Source of the DNA: Callorhinchus milii
Taxonomy: Eukaryota
Reading direction: 5' to 3'
NCBI RefSeq assembly: GCF_018977255.1
Contig: NW_024704742.1
Location: 36,830,001 to 36,894,000, forward strand
DNA length: 64,000 nucleotides
Shown one piece after another: positions 27,600 to 39,267 of this stretch. A program made the translations under genes and the position numbers. The stretch's first letter is position 1. Every line of letters begins with the position of its first letter. A model generated the notes under the pieces. The model was given only the letters and a program-made list of their open reading frames with translations. It searched no databases and was not told the origin of the DNA.

Positions 27600-28000
27600 G
27601 GGGTTGGGGGTTGAGGGGAGAGGGAGAGAGGTTTGGGATCAAGGAGGGTGGAGGGTGGGGTAGGTGGGGTTAGGAGGGTGGGATTAGGAGGGTGGGGGTA
27701 GGAGGGTGGGGGTAGGAGGGTGGCCGAAGGCACGGTCGAAGGGGAGGGCCTTGAGGCATGCCTTGAAGGAGGCAAGGCAGGGGGCGAGGCAAAGGGAATG
27801 TGGGATGGAGTTCCAGAGGGTGGGGGCAGAAAGGCTGAAGGCCCAATCGCTGATGGTGGGGTTGGCCAGGTGAGGGACATGGAGAAGGCCGGAGCCTGCT
27901 GAGCGGAGGGAGTGGACAGGTTGATAAGGGGTTAACAGGACAGAGAGGTAGGAAGGTGCAAGGCCATGGAGGGCCTTGAAGGCGAGGACGAGAACTTTGT
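27600..28000 (-). mobile_element. L2 3' fragment with expanded G-rich minisatellite
   Basis: Minus strand KVLVLAFKALHGLAPSYLS...LWNSIP; imperfect (TAGGAGGGTGGGGG)n at ~27650-27723. Confidence 0.82.
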
Positions 28001-28229
28001 AGCTGTGTTTATCACTCCTTTGATCAGATATCAGATTTAGGTTTGTCTGAATTTTTAGCATATAGCAACATTTAAAATATAGCAATACGGTATTAGACAT
28101 GGAAGTACAGTATTTCTTCACATGCTGAATAATTGATGACTAGAACTGAGGCCAGGACACATTTCATGAACAGCTTGGTGCTGTAATAGGAGGATGAGAT
28201 GAAATGGAACAATGAGCCTCCTTTACTAC

Positions 28230-28377
28230 TGTTTGTGGGACACTGCTGTGCGCAATTGGCTGCCACATTTCACCCACAAATATACAGTCAATTCACTTTA
28301 CAGTCTATTCTGTGTAGCACTTTGAGATGTCTAGAAGATGTGAAAAGTGCTATATCAAATGCAAGGATTATTATTAT
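28230..28377 (+). mobile_element. SINE 3' half (body and tail shared by families A and B)
   Basis: gtttgtgggacactgctgtgcgcaattggctgcc...atatcaaatgcaaggattattatt. Confidence 0.75.
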
Positions 28378-28424
28378 GGTAGAAAACTGACCTGACAGTT
28401 CACTGCCAACTGTGGCTCGAGCAT

Positions 28425-30447
28425 CTCCACAGTTACCGCCGTTCTTTGACACGCGCAAAAACGGCCTTCCACTCCAACATCATCTTGGAGGCTAAAAATA
28501 ATCCTAAAATCCTTTGTTCCACCACCATTACCTCCTCTGTGCCTCCCCTCAGGCCTCCTCAATCTTCACATCCAATGCCAAATGCGAGGAGGTCATGGAC
28601 TTCTTTTCATCTAAAATACACAACATCCGCCAGGCAGCTTCATCCACCTGCCTCTTGTTACCCACCACCACGCCCTCTCCGTCCCACTTACCCTCCCCAT
28701 CATCAGCTCCTACCACGACCCCCATCCTACATTCCTTCCTCCCCATCTCTCCCTCCTCCCTCTCACCCACCATCACCTCAATGAAACCCACCACCTCCTG
28801 CCTCGACCCCCTCCCCACCAACGTGCTGGTCACCCAGCTTCCCCTCCTCTGCCCACTACTGGCTGATGTCATCAACTAGTCCCTCTCCTCTGGATCTGTC
28901 CCTGCCCCTCTCAAACCTGCTGTCATCACCCCACTCCTCAAAAAACCTTCCTTAGATCCCTCCAATCCCAGCCACTACCGCCCTATTTCTAACCTGCCCT
29001 TCCTCGCAAAAGTCCTAGAACGCGTTGTTGCCAATCAACTCCGCGCACACCTCTCCTCCCACTCCCTCTTTGAACCCCTCCAGTCCGGTTTCCACCCTGT
29101 CCACAGTACAGAGACTGTATTTGTGAAAGTCACAAATGGCATCCTCTCTATCTGTGACCCGGGTTCCCACTGCTTCCTTGTCCCCCTGGACCTCACCTCA
29201 GTGTTCAACACAGTCGATCACACCATCCTCCTCCACTGCCTTTCCTCTGTCATCCACCTCAGTAAAACCGCACTCACCTGGTTCGAGTCCTACCTCACAA
29301 ACCAACAGCAGTACATCTGCACAAATGGTTTCTCCTCCCGCTCTCACCCGGTTACCTGCGGGGTACCCCAAGGATCCATCCTTGGCCCCCTCCTCCTTCT
29401 GATCTACATGCTCTCTCTTGGGGATGTCATCCGCAGATATGGGGTACACTTCGACATGTATGCGGACGACAACCAACTCTATTTTTCCACCTCTCTTGCG
29501 ACCCCCTGATGTTCTATCAGCCTGACTGTCAGACCTTAGAAGCTGGATGAGCGCAAATTTCCTTCAGCTGAACGTTGACAAGACGGAAGCCACACGCTTT
29601 AGCTCTCGTCAACATCTAAAATCTCACGGTTCTCACCTCCTCCACCTAACCACTTTGGGATGTCTCATGACGTCAAAGGCGCTCTATAAATGTAATTTTG
29701 TTGTTGTTGTTGCATCCAACTTCCCCCTAAAACTCTCCGAACCAGTACGCAACCTAGGCGTCAGGTTCGACCCCCAATTATCCTTTCTCCCCCATATCCG
29801 TTCCCTCTCCAGCACTGCTTTCTTCCACCTCTGACGCATCGCCAATATCTCTCTCCGAAAGCCACTGAAACCCTGGTCCATGCCTTTGTCACCTCTTGGC
29901 TGGTCTATTCAAACGCCCTCCTCACCGGCCTCCCCTCCACTTTTGTATAATCCAGATTATACAAAACTCTGCCGCCCGCATTCTCACCCGCACCAAACTC
30001 CACTCCCCGATTACCCCAATCCTTGCCAGACTGCACTGGCTGCCTGTCCCAGAGGGGATCGACTTCAAGATCCTCACACTTGTCTTCAAATCCCTCCACT
30101 TCTCTGCACCCCCCTATCTCTCTGACCTCCTCTCTCCTCAAAACAGTGCCCATTGCCTTCGTTCCACCCGATCTGGCCTCCTCCTTGTTCCCCAAGTCCT
30201 CCGCTCCATGCCGTGCCTTCAGCTACTACGCTCCGAGGCTCTGGAACTCCCTTACTCGTTCCCTTCACCTCGCCCCCTCGCTTCCTATTTTCAGGTCTCG
30301 GCTGAAGACCTTTCTTTTCGACCGCGCCTTTGGTCACCTTCCTCTCCCTCCCCCTGGCTCGGCCCCAGGATCCGTTACTGTGAAGCGCTCTGAGATGCCG
30401 TCCGGCGTGGATGGCACTATATAAATCCAAGTTGTTGTTGTTATTGT
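28425..30447 (+). mobile_element. L2 LINE, 5'-truncated (~2 kb), degenerate reverse transcriptase
   Basis: YRPISNLPFLAKVLERVV, QSGF, STETVFVKVTN, LDLTSVFNTVDH, GVPQGSILGP, YADD, VRNLGVRFD and HITPIL/LHWLP-type motifs, with stops and frameshifts; tail ggcactatataaatccaagttgttgttg. Confidence 0.93.
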
Positions 30448-30859
30448 ATGTGAACCTCTCTTGTGATCTTGCCTTTACTGTACAGCTGCTATGTTTGACA
30501 TTATTAACTTCTATCAGCTTCTTCTATCAGTTTGTGACGAGAAAGATTACAGCTTTAAGCTGATTCATTTCAGATAATTAGAAGCGTTGGTTAAAATGTT
30601 TCAGTAAAACAATACTGTGGGATTGTTCAATAAATGTCTGGCATTTTAATGCCAATCACCACAACAGATTGGCTAATTGGGCAACAGATTGTATCAGACA
30701 AAAGGAAACCTTTACGCACCAACATATCATCCAGACAGTAACTAGAAATGGATCAGCTTCATCTGCATCATGACTGAGACAGATTCTGTGTTCTGTACCC
30801 ACACTCTGTGATCCAGGATATTTATGTTTTTTGGATCAAAATGAGTATCTGCCACCGTG

Positions 30860-31136
30860 AGGTGGAATCAGAAATGGAAAAATGAGAGGTTGAAAGAATT
30901 AATTTTAAACAGAGGGTTGTTAAAATACTGAATGTATTACTGCAGCTGGGTGATGAGGCTGAGTCCGTAAATGGCATTTAAAAGGGAACTGGATAAAAAC
31001 ATCAGGAAAATATATCAGGATATGGAAAAAGCTGAGGAATTAGATTAGCATAGATAGGTCCAGTGGGGAAGCTAGCACCAGTACACACAATAAGCTGAAT
31101 AACCTCCTCCTGTGCTGTAAATTTTCTGTGATTCGA
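30860..31136 (+). mobile_element. CR1 3' fragment
   Basis: cagagggttgtt...ttaaaagggaactggataaa...cctcctgtgctgtaaattttctgtgattc. Confidence 0.7.
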
Positions 31137-31725
31137 TGTGGACATGGTGAGTGGGGAATGCTGATGCCTTGAGCAGATGTCACTGTATTGCCAAATGTAC
31201 CATGTATTTACATGGGGAAGGAGTGCATTTTAATTCTACTCCAATTGCGGAGAAGGCAGAGTTGAACCCTGCAGTAAAGCAAGGTTGAACCATTCAGAGA
31301 GACTCTGTCTTACTCCTGTAATGAAGGTTGGAGTGTTATGAGCCGAATGAATTGTGGGATGTTTTGATATTTCATTGTCCATTTAAGGTGTTTCGATGTG
31401 ACATTCCTGCACTCAATCTTCCTGATTGTCCTGAAACTTTTACTCCTCCAGTCTTGTCATCAATGTGCTCACATTGCTCTCTGCTGCCTGTACTGATTTT
31501 ACAATCTTGTGAGAGTCCATCGATTTGGGTGGACATTACCAAAAAGTATATCACACAGGACTTTTGTTGCTTCAGGGAGAGCAGACTTTAATTAATACCA
31601 TCAGTCTGGTCAGTTTTCAAAGGCAGATTCTGGAATTGAATGGACTGTGCACATAAAATTTCCCAATGCTTCACTTTTTAAAAAAAAAGATATTACATCC
31701 TGCTAATAGATAATTTATTTAAAAT

Positions 31726-31812
31726 ATGTGTGCATGTGTTTGTTTGTATGTGTGTGTGTGTGTGTATATGCTTTGTGTACATGTATGTTTTTGTGGATGT
31801 GTTTATCTATAT
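31726..31812. repeat. Degenerate (TG)n microsatellite
   Basis: tgtgtgtgtgtgtgtatatg tract. Confidence 0.85.
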
Positions 31813-31864
31813 GCTTTCCTTCCTCCCATCCCACCAGAGTCCCAAATTTATCGACTATCCTCTG

Positions 31865-32835
31865 GTGGGGTTTGCGGGGCAGGTAAGTGGGGTCTCCTTG
31901 GAGCTGAACTGGCTCATGGTGACATGCCTGGCAATGGAAAGTCGGAATTGAGCCAATCTGTGATGGTCTCGGTAGTCCGGTTTATGAGCCAGGCTGATCT
32001 GCAATATTCCAGGGCAGTGCTGATAATAGCACAGCCACCCTGGATCATTGGCAGGATCTGGAAGGGCAGACCAGTCATTGGGGGCAGGGAGTCATCCCAC
32101 TCAGCTCCTGTTAACCCTGCAAGGGATCCTAGCTGGACAAGCAGCGGGAAAGCTTACCGAACAGTAATATCAATGGCAAGCTATGCAGGTTTGCTGTGTG
32201 TTCAAAACAAACTGAGAGTTCCATGCATCCCTGTTGTAGGAAATTCCCGAGATATTTATTGGAATGGAATGTGCACTCTCCCTGGAGGGACACATCCTGC
32301 TTACCTATTTCTGGAGAGAGTGAGGTGCAGTTTGGCAAGAGCCAAGTCTTGGGGACCCAGTGTGCGTTGGGGTACTGCTGGAGTTTAACCAGCTAAAACC
32401 ATCTAGCTTGCCATTGATAGCACTATCTGGCAAGCTTTTCTGCTGCTTGTTCAGCTAAGACCATCCATCCTATCCGTTATAGCTTTGGCTTGCAAGGTAA
32501 CAGGAGCTGTTTGGGAAGAATTGCAGCCCCTAGTGACTGGTCTGCACTTCCACGTCCTGCCAATCATCTAGACTTGCTGTGCTGTCATCAGGACCCTCCT
32601 GGCTCAGGAAGTGGAGTACTGAGACTGCTACAGAAGCTAAGCTCAATTCTGATAATCTGTTACCAAACATGTCACCTTGGAGCCAGTTCAGCTCCAAAGA
32701 GACTCCGCTTATGATCCATCCCCACCCCACCCCCCACGAGGGTATTTACTAGCTGGTCATTTGATATCAGACAGGCGTAAGTTTGAGCCCTTACTAGGTG
32801 GGTGGCACGTACCAGGAACTCCCTGCAACCTTCCT
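31865..32835. repeat. Unclassified repeat family U, two abutting copies in opposite orientation
   Basis: 31865-32195 is an imperfect reverse complement of 32392-32735; homologous to 6500-6905, 36935-37340 and 52365-52790. Confidence 0.75.
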
Positions 32836-32844
32836 GGGATTTGG

Positions 32845-33158
32845 AGTCACGTAGTCTAAGATGACATCCCAGTGCAGTGCTTGGAGTGTGTTGCATTGTC
32901 GGAGGTGCCGTCCTTCGGATAAGACGTTAAACTGAGGTCCCATCTGCCTGTTCAGATGGATGTTAAAAATCCATGGCATATCCCCTGAAACTAAATTGTT
33001 CATTAACTCTTGGCTGTTTGTGGGACATTGCTGTGCATAACTGGCTGTCGTCTTTCGCACACAAAATACACTTTACAGTATAATCTGTGAAGTGCTTTGA
33101 GACGTCTCAACATTGTGATAAGGCGCTCCATCAAATGCAAAGATTATTATTATTATTA
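32845..33158 (+). mobile_element. Deu-domain SINE (SacSINE1/AmnSINE1-like; family B)
   Basis: tgcattgtcggaggtgccgtccttcggataagacgttaaactgaggtcccatctgcc matches the recalled Deu-domain consensus; L2-type tail. Confidence 0.78.
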
Positions 33159-33579
33159 CTCTACTTAAAATATTTTATTGATTTATAAAATTCTGAACTT
33201 TAATTATCATGGGTTACAATTAAGGAATGTTACAGAAAATGCAGTGAAAAACATGTCCGTTTCAATCTGTCTTTAATGACAGATTTGGAACTGAACACTC
33301 CTCTGACATCGGGAAATGTGTTTTTCCTCAGGCTTCTCACTATCAGTTTAATCTCCATTCTTTCAAAAGTTTTAACAAGTGCTTTTTTTTATCCCTAGCT
33401 GCTGTATAACTTTACAATGTTATTTTTAATACTATTTTTAGGTCAGTAAGACCTAAAGTGGCAAAGAAGTGTGAAATCCAAACGCATTGGGAAAGCCTCT
33501 CATACCTTGCCAGACTCTGGCCTAAAATAATTTTGGAAGTAGAATTTGAAAGTTAGAATGGCTCAGTAATCCTTATAAC

Positions 33580-33955
33580 CCTTGCATTTGATATAATGCC
33601 TTATCACAACATCAAAACATCTCAAAACAATTCACAAGATTAACTGTAAAGATGTAGTGACTGCTTATTTGTGGGCAAAAATGACAGCCGATTTGCACAA
33701 ACAGCCATGAAGTGCATAACCAATTTTATCTGGGGGTTTGTTGGCCAAAACACGATGGGAAATAGAGCTACAGGATCTATAACTTCCACCTGAACATGCA
33801 GATGAGACCTTGGTTTAACATCTCATCCGAAGGATGGCACCTCAGGCAATGCAGCACAGCCCCAACACTTTACTGGAGTGTTAGCCTAGACTGAGTTCAA
33901 AGTCCTTACTCACAATCTTCTGACTCAGAGTCTATGGTTTTATGAACTAGCCATC
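33580..33955 (-). mobile_element. Deu-domain SINE (family B)
   Basis: ggtttaacatctcatccgaaggatggcacctc...actggagtgttagcctaga...ttctgactcag on the + strand. Confidence 0.75.
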
Positions 33956-34974
33956 TTGAGGATAATTAAGGGCTTTTCCAGTGGAACAAGAATTCTTATT
34001 ATTCCTGCTGATAATTATGGAATAGAATGTGTTTAGGAACACTGTCATTTTTGATCCTATAATAACTTTACTGACAATAACCAGTTAAGGATGATTGCTA
34101 CCTTAATGGGAATATTTCACATACAAACATTTAAAGCACTTACATTTCCTGCACACAGACAGACTATTTGGGATTTCTTAGTGTTTGAAATCAATAGACT
34201 GCAAACGCAGTAAGAACTTTAAATAATCATGTCCGGGGACACTTAAGCCAGATACTAGTATCAAGTACTGCTGCAACTGATTCCTTCCACTGTATTAGCC
34301 GACAAATTATTTAAGAGATTGTAAATGCATGGATATATTCATAGTAATCATAGTAATCTTACTCAAATCTTATTTAGGTTGCTTTAGCTATTTTCCTCCT
34401 TTGAGATTAGGGTTTCTTTTTACTTCAGTTTGGTACCACCTCTCCGTTGTGGATTATATAAATCATTGCTGCATAAATATTTCAATACTTAATATTCCTT
34501 CAAGTCAATATGGAAGATTGATGTAACATGTAAAAACAATCCAATAGTAACCATATCTCTGTGTTTCAGCAGACTGATATTCCAGTGATCTCTGTAAGGA
34601 GAGAAAATCCGTGTCCCTGGCCTGTGTGGATTATATTTTAAAACTATTAAAAAATGCAAACTGTTCACATGAGAAGCACTCAGTTCTACAGCACCTCACA
34701 AATCGTCCTTCTGTCAAGGGTTTTGCTTTTTAAATGCCTCCCTTTGTTGCTGTCACTTTTTGTACACACATAACTCAACTTTATCGGAACTCAGAAGTTG
34801 AAATCTCGAGCTTCATATGTATTAGCTCAGTTGCAAAGTTTTAACTTGCGAACAGAGAACAGTCTGCTAAACATTGTGCACTATTTTATCCATTTTAATT
34901 TCTCAACATTTGGTCCACATCCAAATAGGTTATTGCAGAAGAAAGCCCAGAGGGGGATGAGTTCAGGTGACTAC

Positions 34975-35352
34975 AAGGCAGCGGAGAAGGAGGGGTGAGG
35001 GGAGATTTTTTTCCAGGGGCGAGGGAGACGAAAGATAGGAGGGCGGAGATGTCTGAGAGGAAGGTAGGGGTGGGTTTGGGGGACGATAGACAAGGAGGAT
35101 TTTGAGGGAAAGATTGGAGGGATGGTAGAGGTAAGGTGCTCAAAGGAGGGGAAGGTTCTGGAGGAGTAAGGGGATAGGCCAAGTGGGGACTGGGAGATGA
35201 GAGCCACACCGCCACCACGGCAGTTAGGTCATGGGGTATGGTGAAAGGTGTAGCTGGGTGGTGTGGCCTGGATCAGGGGTAAGGTGTCGCCTGGGGTGAC
35301 CCAGGTTTCAATGAGAGCGAGGATGTCAATGTTTACATCGACAATGAGGTCT
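34975..35352 (-). mobile_element. L2 endonuclease-domain fragment
   Basis: Minus strand IQDLIVDVNIDILALIETWVTPGD...YTFHHTP...RGGGVAL (APE endonuclease N-terminus). Confidence 0.82.
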
Positions 35353-36934
35353 TGGATGCTATCGCTCAGCAGAGCAAATTCAAGATCCTCATCTGCACTT
35401 TCAAGTGTCTCCATACTGGCTGCTACAACTGCTCGGCAAATACAGATCTGCTTTGTTTCCCCTGTCTCCTGCCCGATCTATCCCACCATTGCTGGGTGAG
35501 CTTTCAGCTATTCTGTCCCCTCTCATTCGCTTAGTCCCTCTGATTTACTCTCTCCCTCCGTTCAAAACTTCCCTTTTCAAATGTGCTTTCATCTAAGTTT
35601 CTGCTCCCACTTCCCAGTAGAGTATCAAGTTTTGCATTAAAGCAGTTCAGCGTTCCAACTTCTATCACATTTTCAATTGTTGTTTACCTTCTTTGTAAAT
35701 AAATAGCTACTGGCGTCTACGTAAAATAGTTCTTCACAACACTGGACATGCGTCCTCTTGTCTTGCTGCCTTGGTGATAAAGTACTTTCTTTATCACTTT
35801 GTACATGTTATTTTCCTCTATACTGCCCCTTCTGAGAAGTCTCTTTTCAATGCTGCAGAACACTATCTTATCTAGTCATTCCTCATTGTCCATCCCTAGA
35901 ATTGTGGAATGTCATTGCTTTCCTCTGCAAGGCCTGGGGAGCTCCCTTAATTCTTGGAGTCTAAATCTGTATGGAGTGCTCCAGTTGCAGCTCAACCAGA
36001 GCTCCCTTTGGATGGGGAAATTGTTATTTAATTTCTAACTACGGCACATTTATGTGAAGCTGCTTTGTGATATTGCTGTTGAATACAAATTCATTTTAAG
36101 TATTGATTGTCAATATGTCAGTGGGTGTCAGAATTCCTGCAATAGATAGCTACTGTTCACAAATATTCCAAAATCTGTCCCATCACATTAACCAGGAAGG
36201 AAAGGTCAGAGACCTCAATTTTCATTGTGATTTTTTGTGTTGCTTTATTCTCTGTATTGTTTATGAATGTGGATGGTCAGCAATTTCTGAAGACTACTGG
36301 TATTACCTGTTTGTTCTTGTGAAGCTGAGATGCTCTTCTTGTAAGATATTTTCTTTCCTTCCTCCGTCCTTCAATATACCAGCAGCATAAATGGAAAAGA
36401 AAGCAGGTGACTGTCCTTTTCATGGGCCTCTGTTCTGAAACTGGCAGCTGGGAAATTTACAGGAGTGGTTGGGATTGTCTCTCTTACCAGTATTTCCTCT
36501 GTCTCCATAGGAAAGTAACCGGTCTGTGCTCACTGTTTCTCTGTGTCAGCACATTTGATTTTGAGGACTCATTGTGTTAATCACTGCATGAGCAAGCCCA
36601 CATCCTATGGGTCTCTGGACCCAAGGTCCATTAACTGTACTCTAGCGCAATTTATTGCTTTAACTTATTGCTTTTGATTTGAACTGTGCATAAGCCTGTG
36701 AACCTATCTTGTCCCTGTTCCACCTGTCTGCTTTCTGTGTTTTATCAACCACTTACAATGACTTGTACTGGTAATAAAAATTTCACTGTCCCCAGTGGAA
36801 ATGAAGCTCCTGACAGGTCTGTTTCCAGAATGCCTCTTAATTGGAACATGTTACATTGAATGGTGTATATATTGACAGGGGCAGTTATCTTTTTCCTCAA
36901 AACTGTCCCCTTTTCAGTTAAAATCACTAAAACC

Positions 36935-37340
36935 TTTTTTGGGGGTCAGCCAAGTGTCTGATAGTCCACTGACTGGAAACTCCTCATCATCCTTCAGAGC
37001 ATCCAAACCAGACTGAAAGGTCCACATATGTGTGCTACCATGCCACCTACTCATGGACATTTCCCTGTATGTGCAATAGAATGTGTTATTCTCTCCCTAA
37101 AGGGATGTACCCTGCTTAACTAATTCTGGAGATAATTAGATACAAGTATGAAAGCTTAAGGACCCTAGAGTATTTGTTGGGGTACTGCTGGAGTTTAACC
37201 AGCTAAAACTACATACCTTACCATTGAGAGCTCTATCTATCAAGGTCTGCACTACTTGTCCAGCTAGGACCTCCTTACTCGTAAGAATGTTCATTTGCAG
37301 GTTAACGGGAGCTGAGTTGGTAGAATACTTGTTCCCAGTG
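36935..37340 (-). repeat. Unclassified repeat family U copy
   Basis: Shares gggtactgctggagtttaaccagctaaaac and ctctccct..agggat with other copies. Confidence 0.75.
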
Positions 37341-38014
37341 CTGTAAATATTGTAATAGTAATAATTAACAGAAATATTTTATGTTATCATGTTCTATGTT
37401 ATCTGTATTTCCTACAGTACAAAGTTATAAATTTGTATGATTAGAATATCATTGTTTTTAAAATAATAAATGACAATGTTGTGGGCCAATTTTAATTTTA
37501 TCATCTGACACAAAATTTATCAGCAAACAGAAATGTAACAATTGTTTTTCATTGCAATTCATTTCAATCATCATGTTTTATGCTCAAATTGTAAATAATA
37601 AAAAAGGATTATTTTCCAGTACAAGTCGTTTGGCTGAGGAGTTAAACCAAGGTCTTATTACTCTCCCTTGAAAAATACCAAGCCTGTGCTCACTGCTTAT
37701 CTGTGTCAGTACATTCAATATCTAGGAGTCAATGTGTTAAGGTTTACGTGAGGAAGACCACATCCTACCCATATGTGGTTCCATGTATTCCGTTAACTGT
37801 TTTCTACAGCGCAATTTATTGCTTTAACTTATTGTTTTTGATTTCAATGGCACATAACAAGGACATATCTTGTCTCTGTTATCAACCATTTACAATGACT
37901 TGTACTGGTAATAAAAGTGTAATGTGTTTTTACTGTCTCCATTGAAATAAAGCCCCAGACATTCCAGAATACCTCTTAATTGGAACATGTTATATTGAAT
38001 AGGACATATTGACA

Positions 38015-38372
38015 TCTATACACTAATAAAACGACAACGTCTGTCTGTGTTTCAAGAAGGATCTCAATAACTGATTGACGTAGAGACATGACATGAGTCA
38101 AAGTGGTGCTGGGGCATCATGCGTCACAGAGCATGCACGTAGCCAAGCGGCGGGAACAAATAAAGAACACAGACGAAGCTAAGCTGCAGCCACAACAACA
38201 AAATTACATTTTTAAAGCCCCGAGTCCTCCCACTGAGCCCTCCCAAAAGGAATCCTCCCACAGGAGTCCTCCAAGATGAGTGGAGATAAAGATGAAATGT
38301 CTGTCTGTGTGTCAATCTACATTCCATATTGGATCCTTTGGTTGCAAGCGTAGCTGCAATGAGGACAGCCAG
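38015..38372 (+). mobile_element. Candidate non-autonomous Helitron
   Basis: 5' TC (TCTATACACTAATAAAA...GTCTGTCTGTGT); subterminal hairpin 38342-38359; 3' CCAG (variant of CTAG); sits between A38014 and T38373 with no TSD; absent from the paralogous duplicate near 36877. Confidence 0.65.
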
Positions 38373-38554
38373 TATACAATAAATAGTCTGGTTTCTCCTC
38401 AAAACTGTCCCTTTTTCACTTAAGCGATGTAAAAAAAAATGTTTGGTTAGCCAAGTATCTGACACATGCAGAAACCCATCATCATGCTTAAGAGGATCCA
38501 AACTAGGTTTAAGAGCTGCACATAACACCGTAAATGCCACCTGAATATGAATAT

Positions 38555-38868
38555 GGAGTCCTGTAGCTTAGCGGTTAGAGCACTCGCCTCACAAGCGGGA
38601 GACCTGGGTTTGATTCCCGGGCAGGGCGAAATATTAGGCAAGTGTTCTTACTCCACACACCTGTTTACCCCTACTTTACAAATACAAATAATAATTTGGT
38701 CACTGAATCCATGATTGTTTGTGGGACACTACTGTGTGCAATTCGCTGCCGCGATTCGCCCGCTAGATATAGAATCAATTTCTTTTACAGTAGATTCTGT
38801 GAAGCGCTTTGAGACGTCCCTATGTGTAATAAGGCACTATATCAAATGCAAGGATTGTTATTACTACT
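38555..38868 (+). mobile_element. tRNA-derived SINE (family A)
   Basis: GGAGTCCTGTAGCTTAGCGGTTAGAGCAC...GGTTTGATTCCCGGGCAGGGCGAAA head; (TTA)n-type tail. Confidence 0.88.
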
Positions 38869-38940
38869 TATTATAATGTGATGGAGGTTCTGCTACATTT
38901 CAGGGATTTTAGCATACCCGAAGACTCACCAGTATGATGA

Positions 38941-39267
38941 CAATAATAATAATAACAATAATCCTTGCATTTGATATAGCGCTTTTCATGTTGGGAGGAC
39001 GTCCCAAAGCGCTTCACAGAACACACTGTAAAGTGAATTGACTGTATATTTGTGGGCGAACGCGGCAGCCAATTGCGCACAGCAATGTCCCACAAACAGT
39101 CGCCGATTGAAAATGACCAATTTATTATTGTTTTTGGTTTTTGGAGGGATTATTATTAGGCTCTGTGTGGAGTAAGGAAACTTGCCCAAGGTTTCGCCCT
39201 GCCTGGAATTGAACTCAGGTCTCTCACTTGCAAAGCGAGTGCTCTAACCACTGAGCTACAGGACTCC
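38941..39267 (-). mobile_element. tRNA-Ala(TGC)-derived SINE (family A)
   Basis: Reverse strand reads GGAGTCCTGTAGCTCAGTGGTTAGAGCACTCGCTTTGCAAGTGAG; anticodon loop TT-TGC-AA; same body and tail as other copies. Confidence 0.88.

Larger units (their letters stand above)
36522..38545 (+). repeat. Old local direct duplication (copy 1 ~36522-37050; copy 2 ~37683-38545)
   Basis: Colinear shared blocks: gtgctcactg; agcgcaatttattgctttaacttattg; ttacaatgacttgtactggtaataaaa; cctcttaattggaacatgtta; cctcaaaactgtccc. Confidence 0.85.

Noticed and set aside
28425..30447. Active retrotransposon or domesticated RT gene
   Set aside because: 5' truncated with multiple stops, frameshifts and a nested insertion.
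31880..31888. Consensus donor CAGGTAAGT
   Set aside because: Lies inside a family U repeat with no supported upstream exon.
31726..32388. Longest ORF in the track (220 aa)
   Set aside because: Starts in a TG microsatellite and crosses the junction of two oppositely oriented repeats; no recognisable domain.
32330..32400. Twister-ribozyme-like words on the minus strand of family U (UUAAACUCCAGC...GGGUCCCCAAG)
   Set aside because: Could not build P1/P2/P4 or the two pseudoknots by eye; resemblance only. A cmsearch with Rfam twister models would settle it.
38555..38630. Possible tRNA gene (also 5321-5395 and 39190-39267)
   Set aside because: Acceptor stem is imperfect and the sequence runs into a shared SINE body and tail; these are SINE heads.
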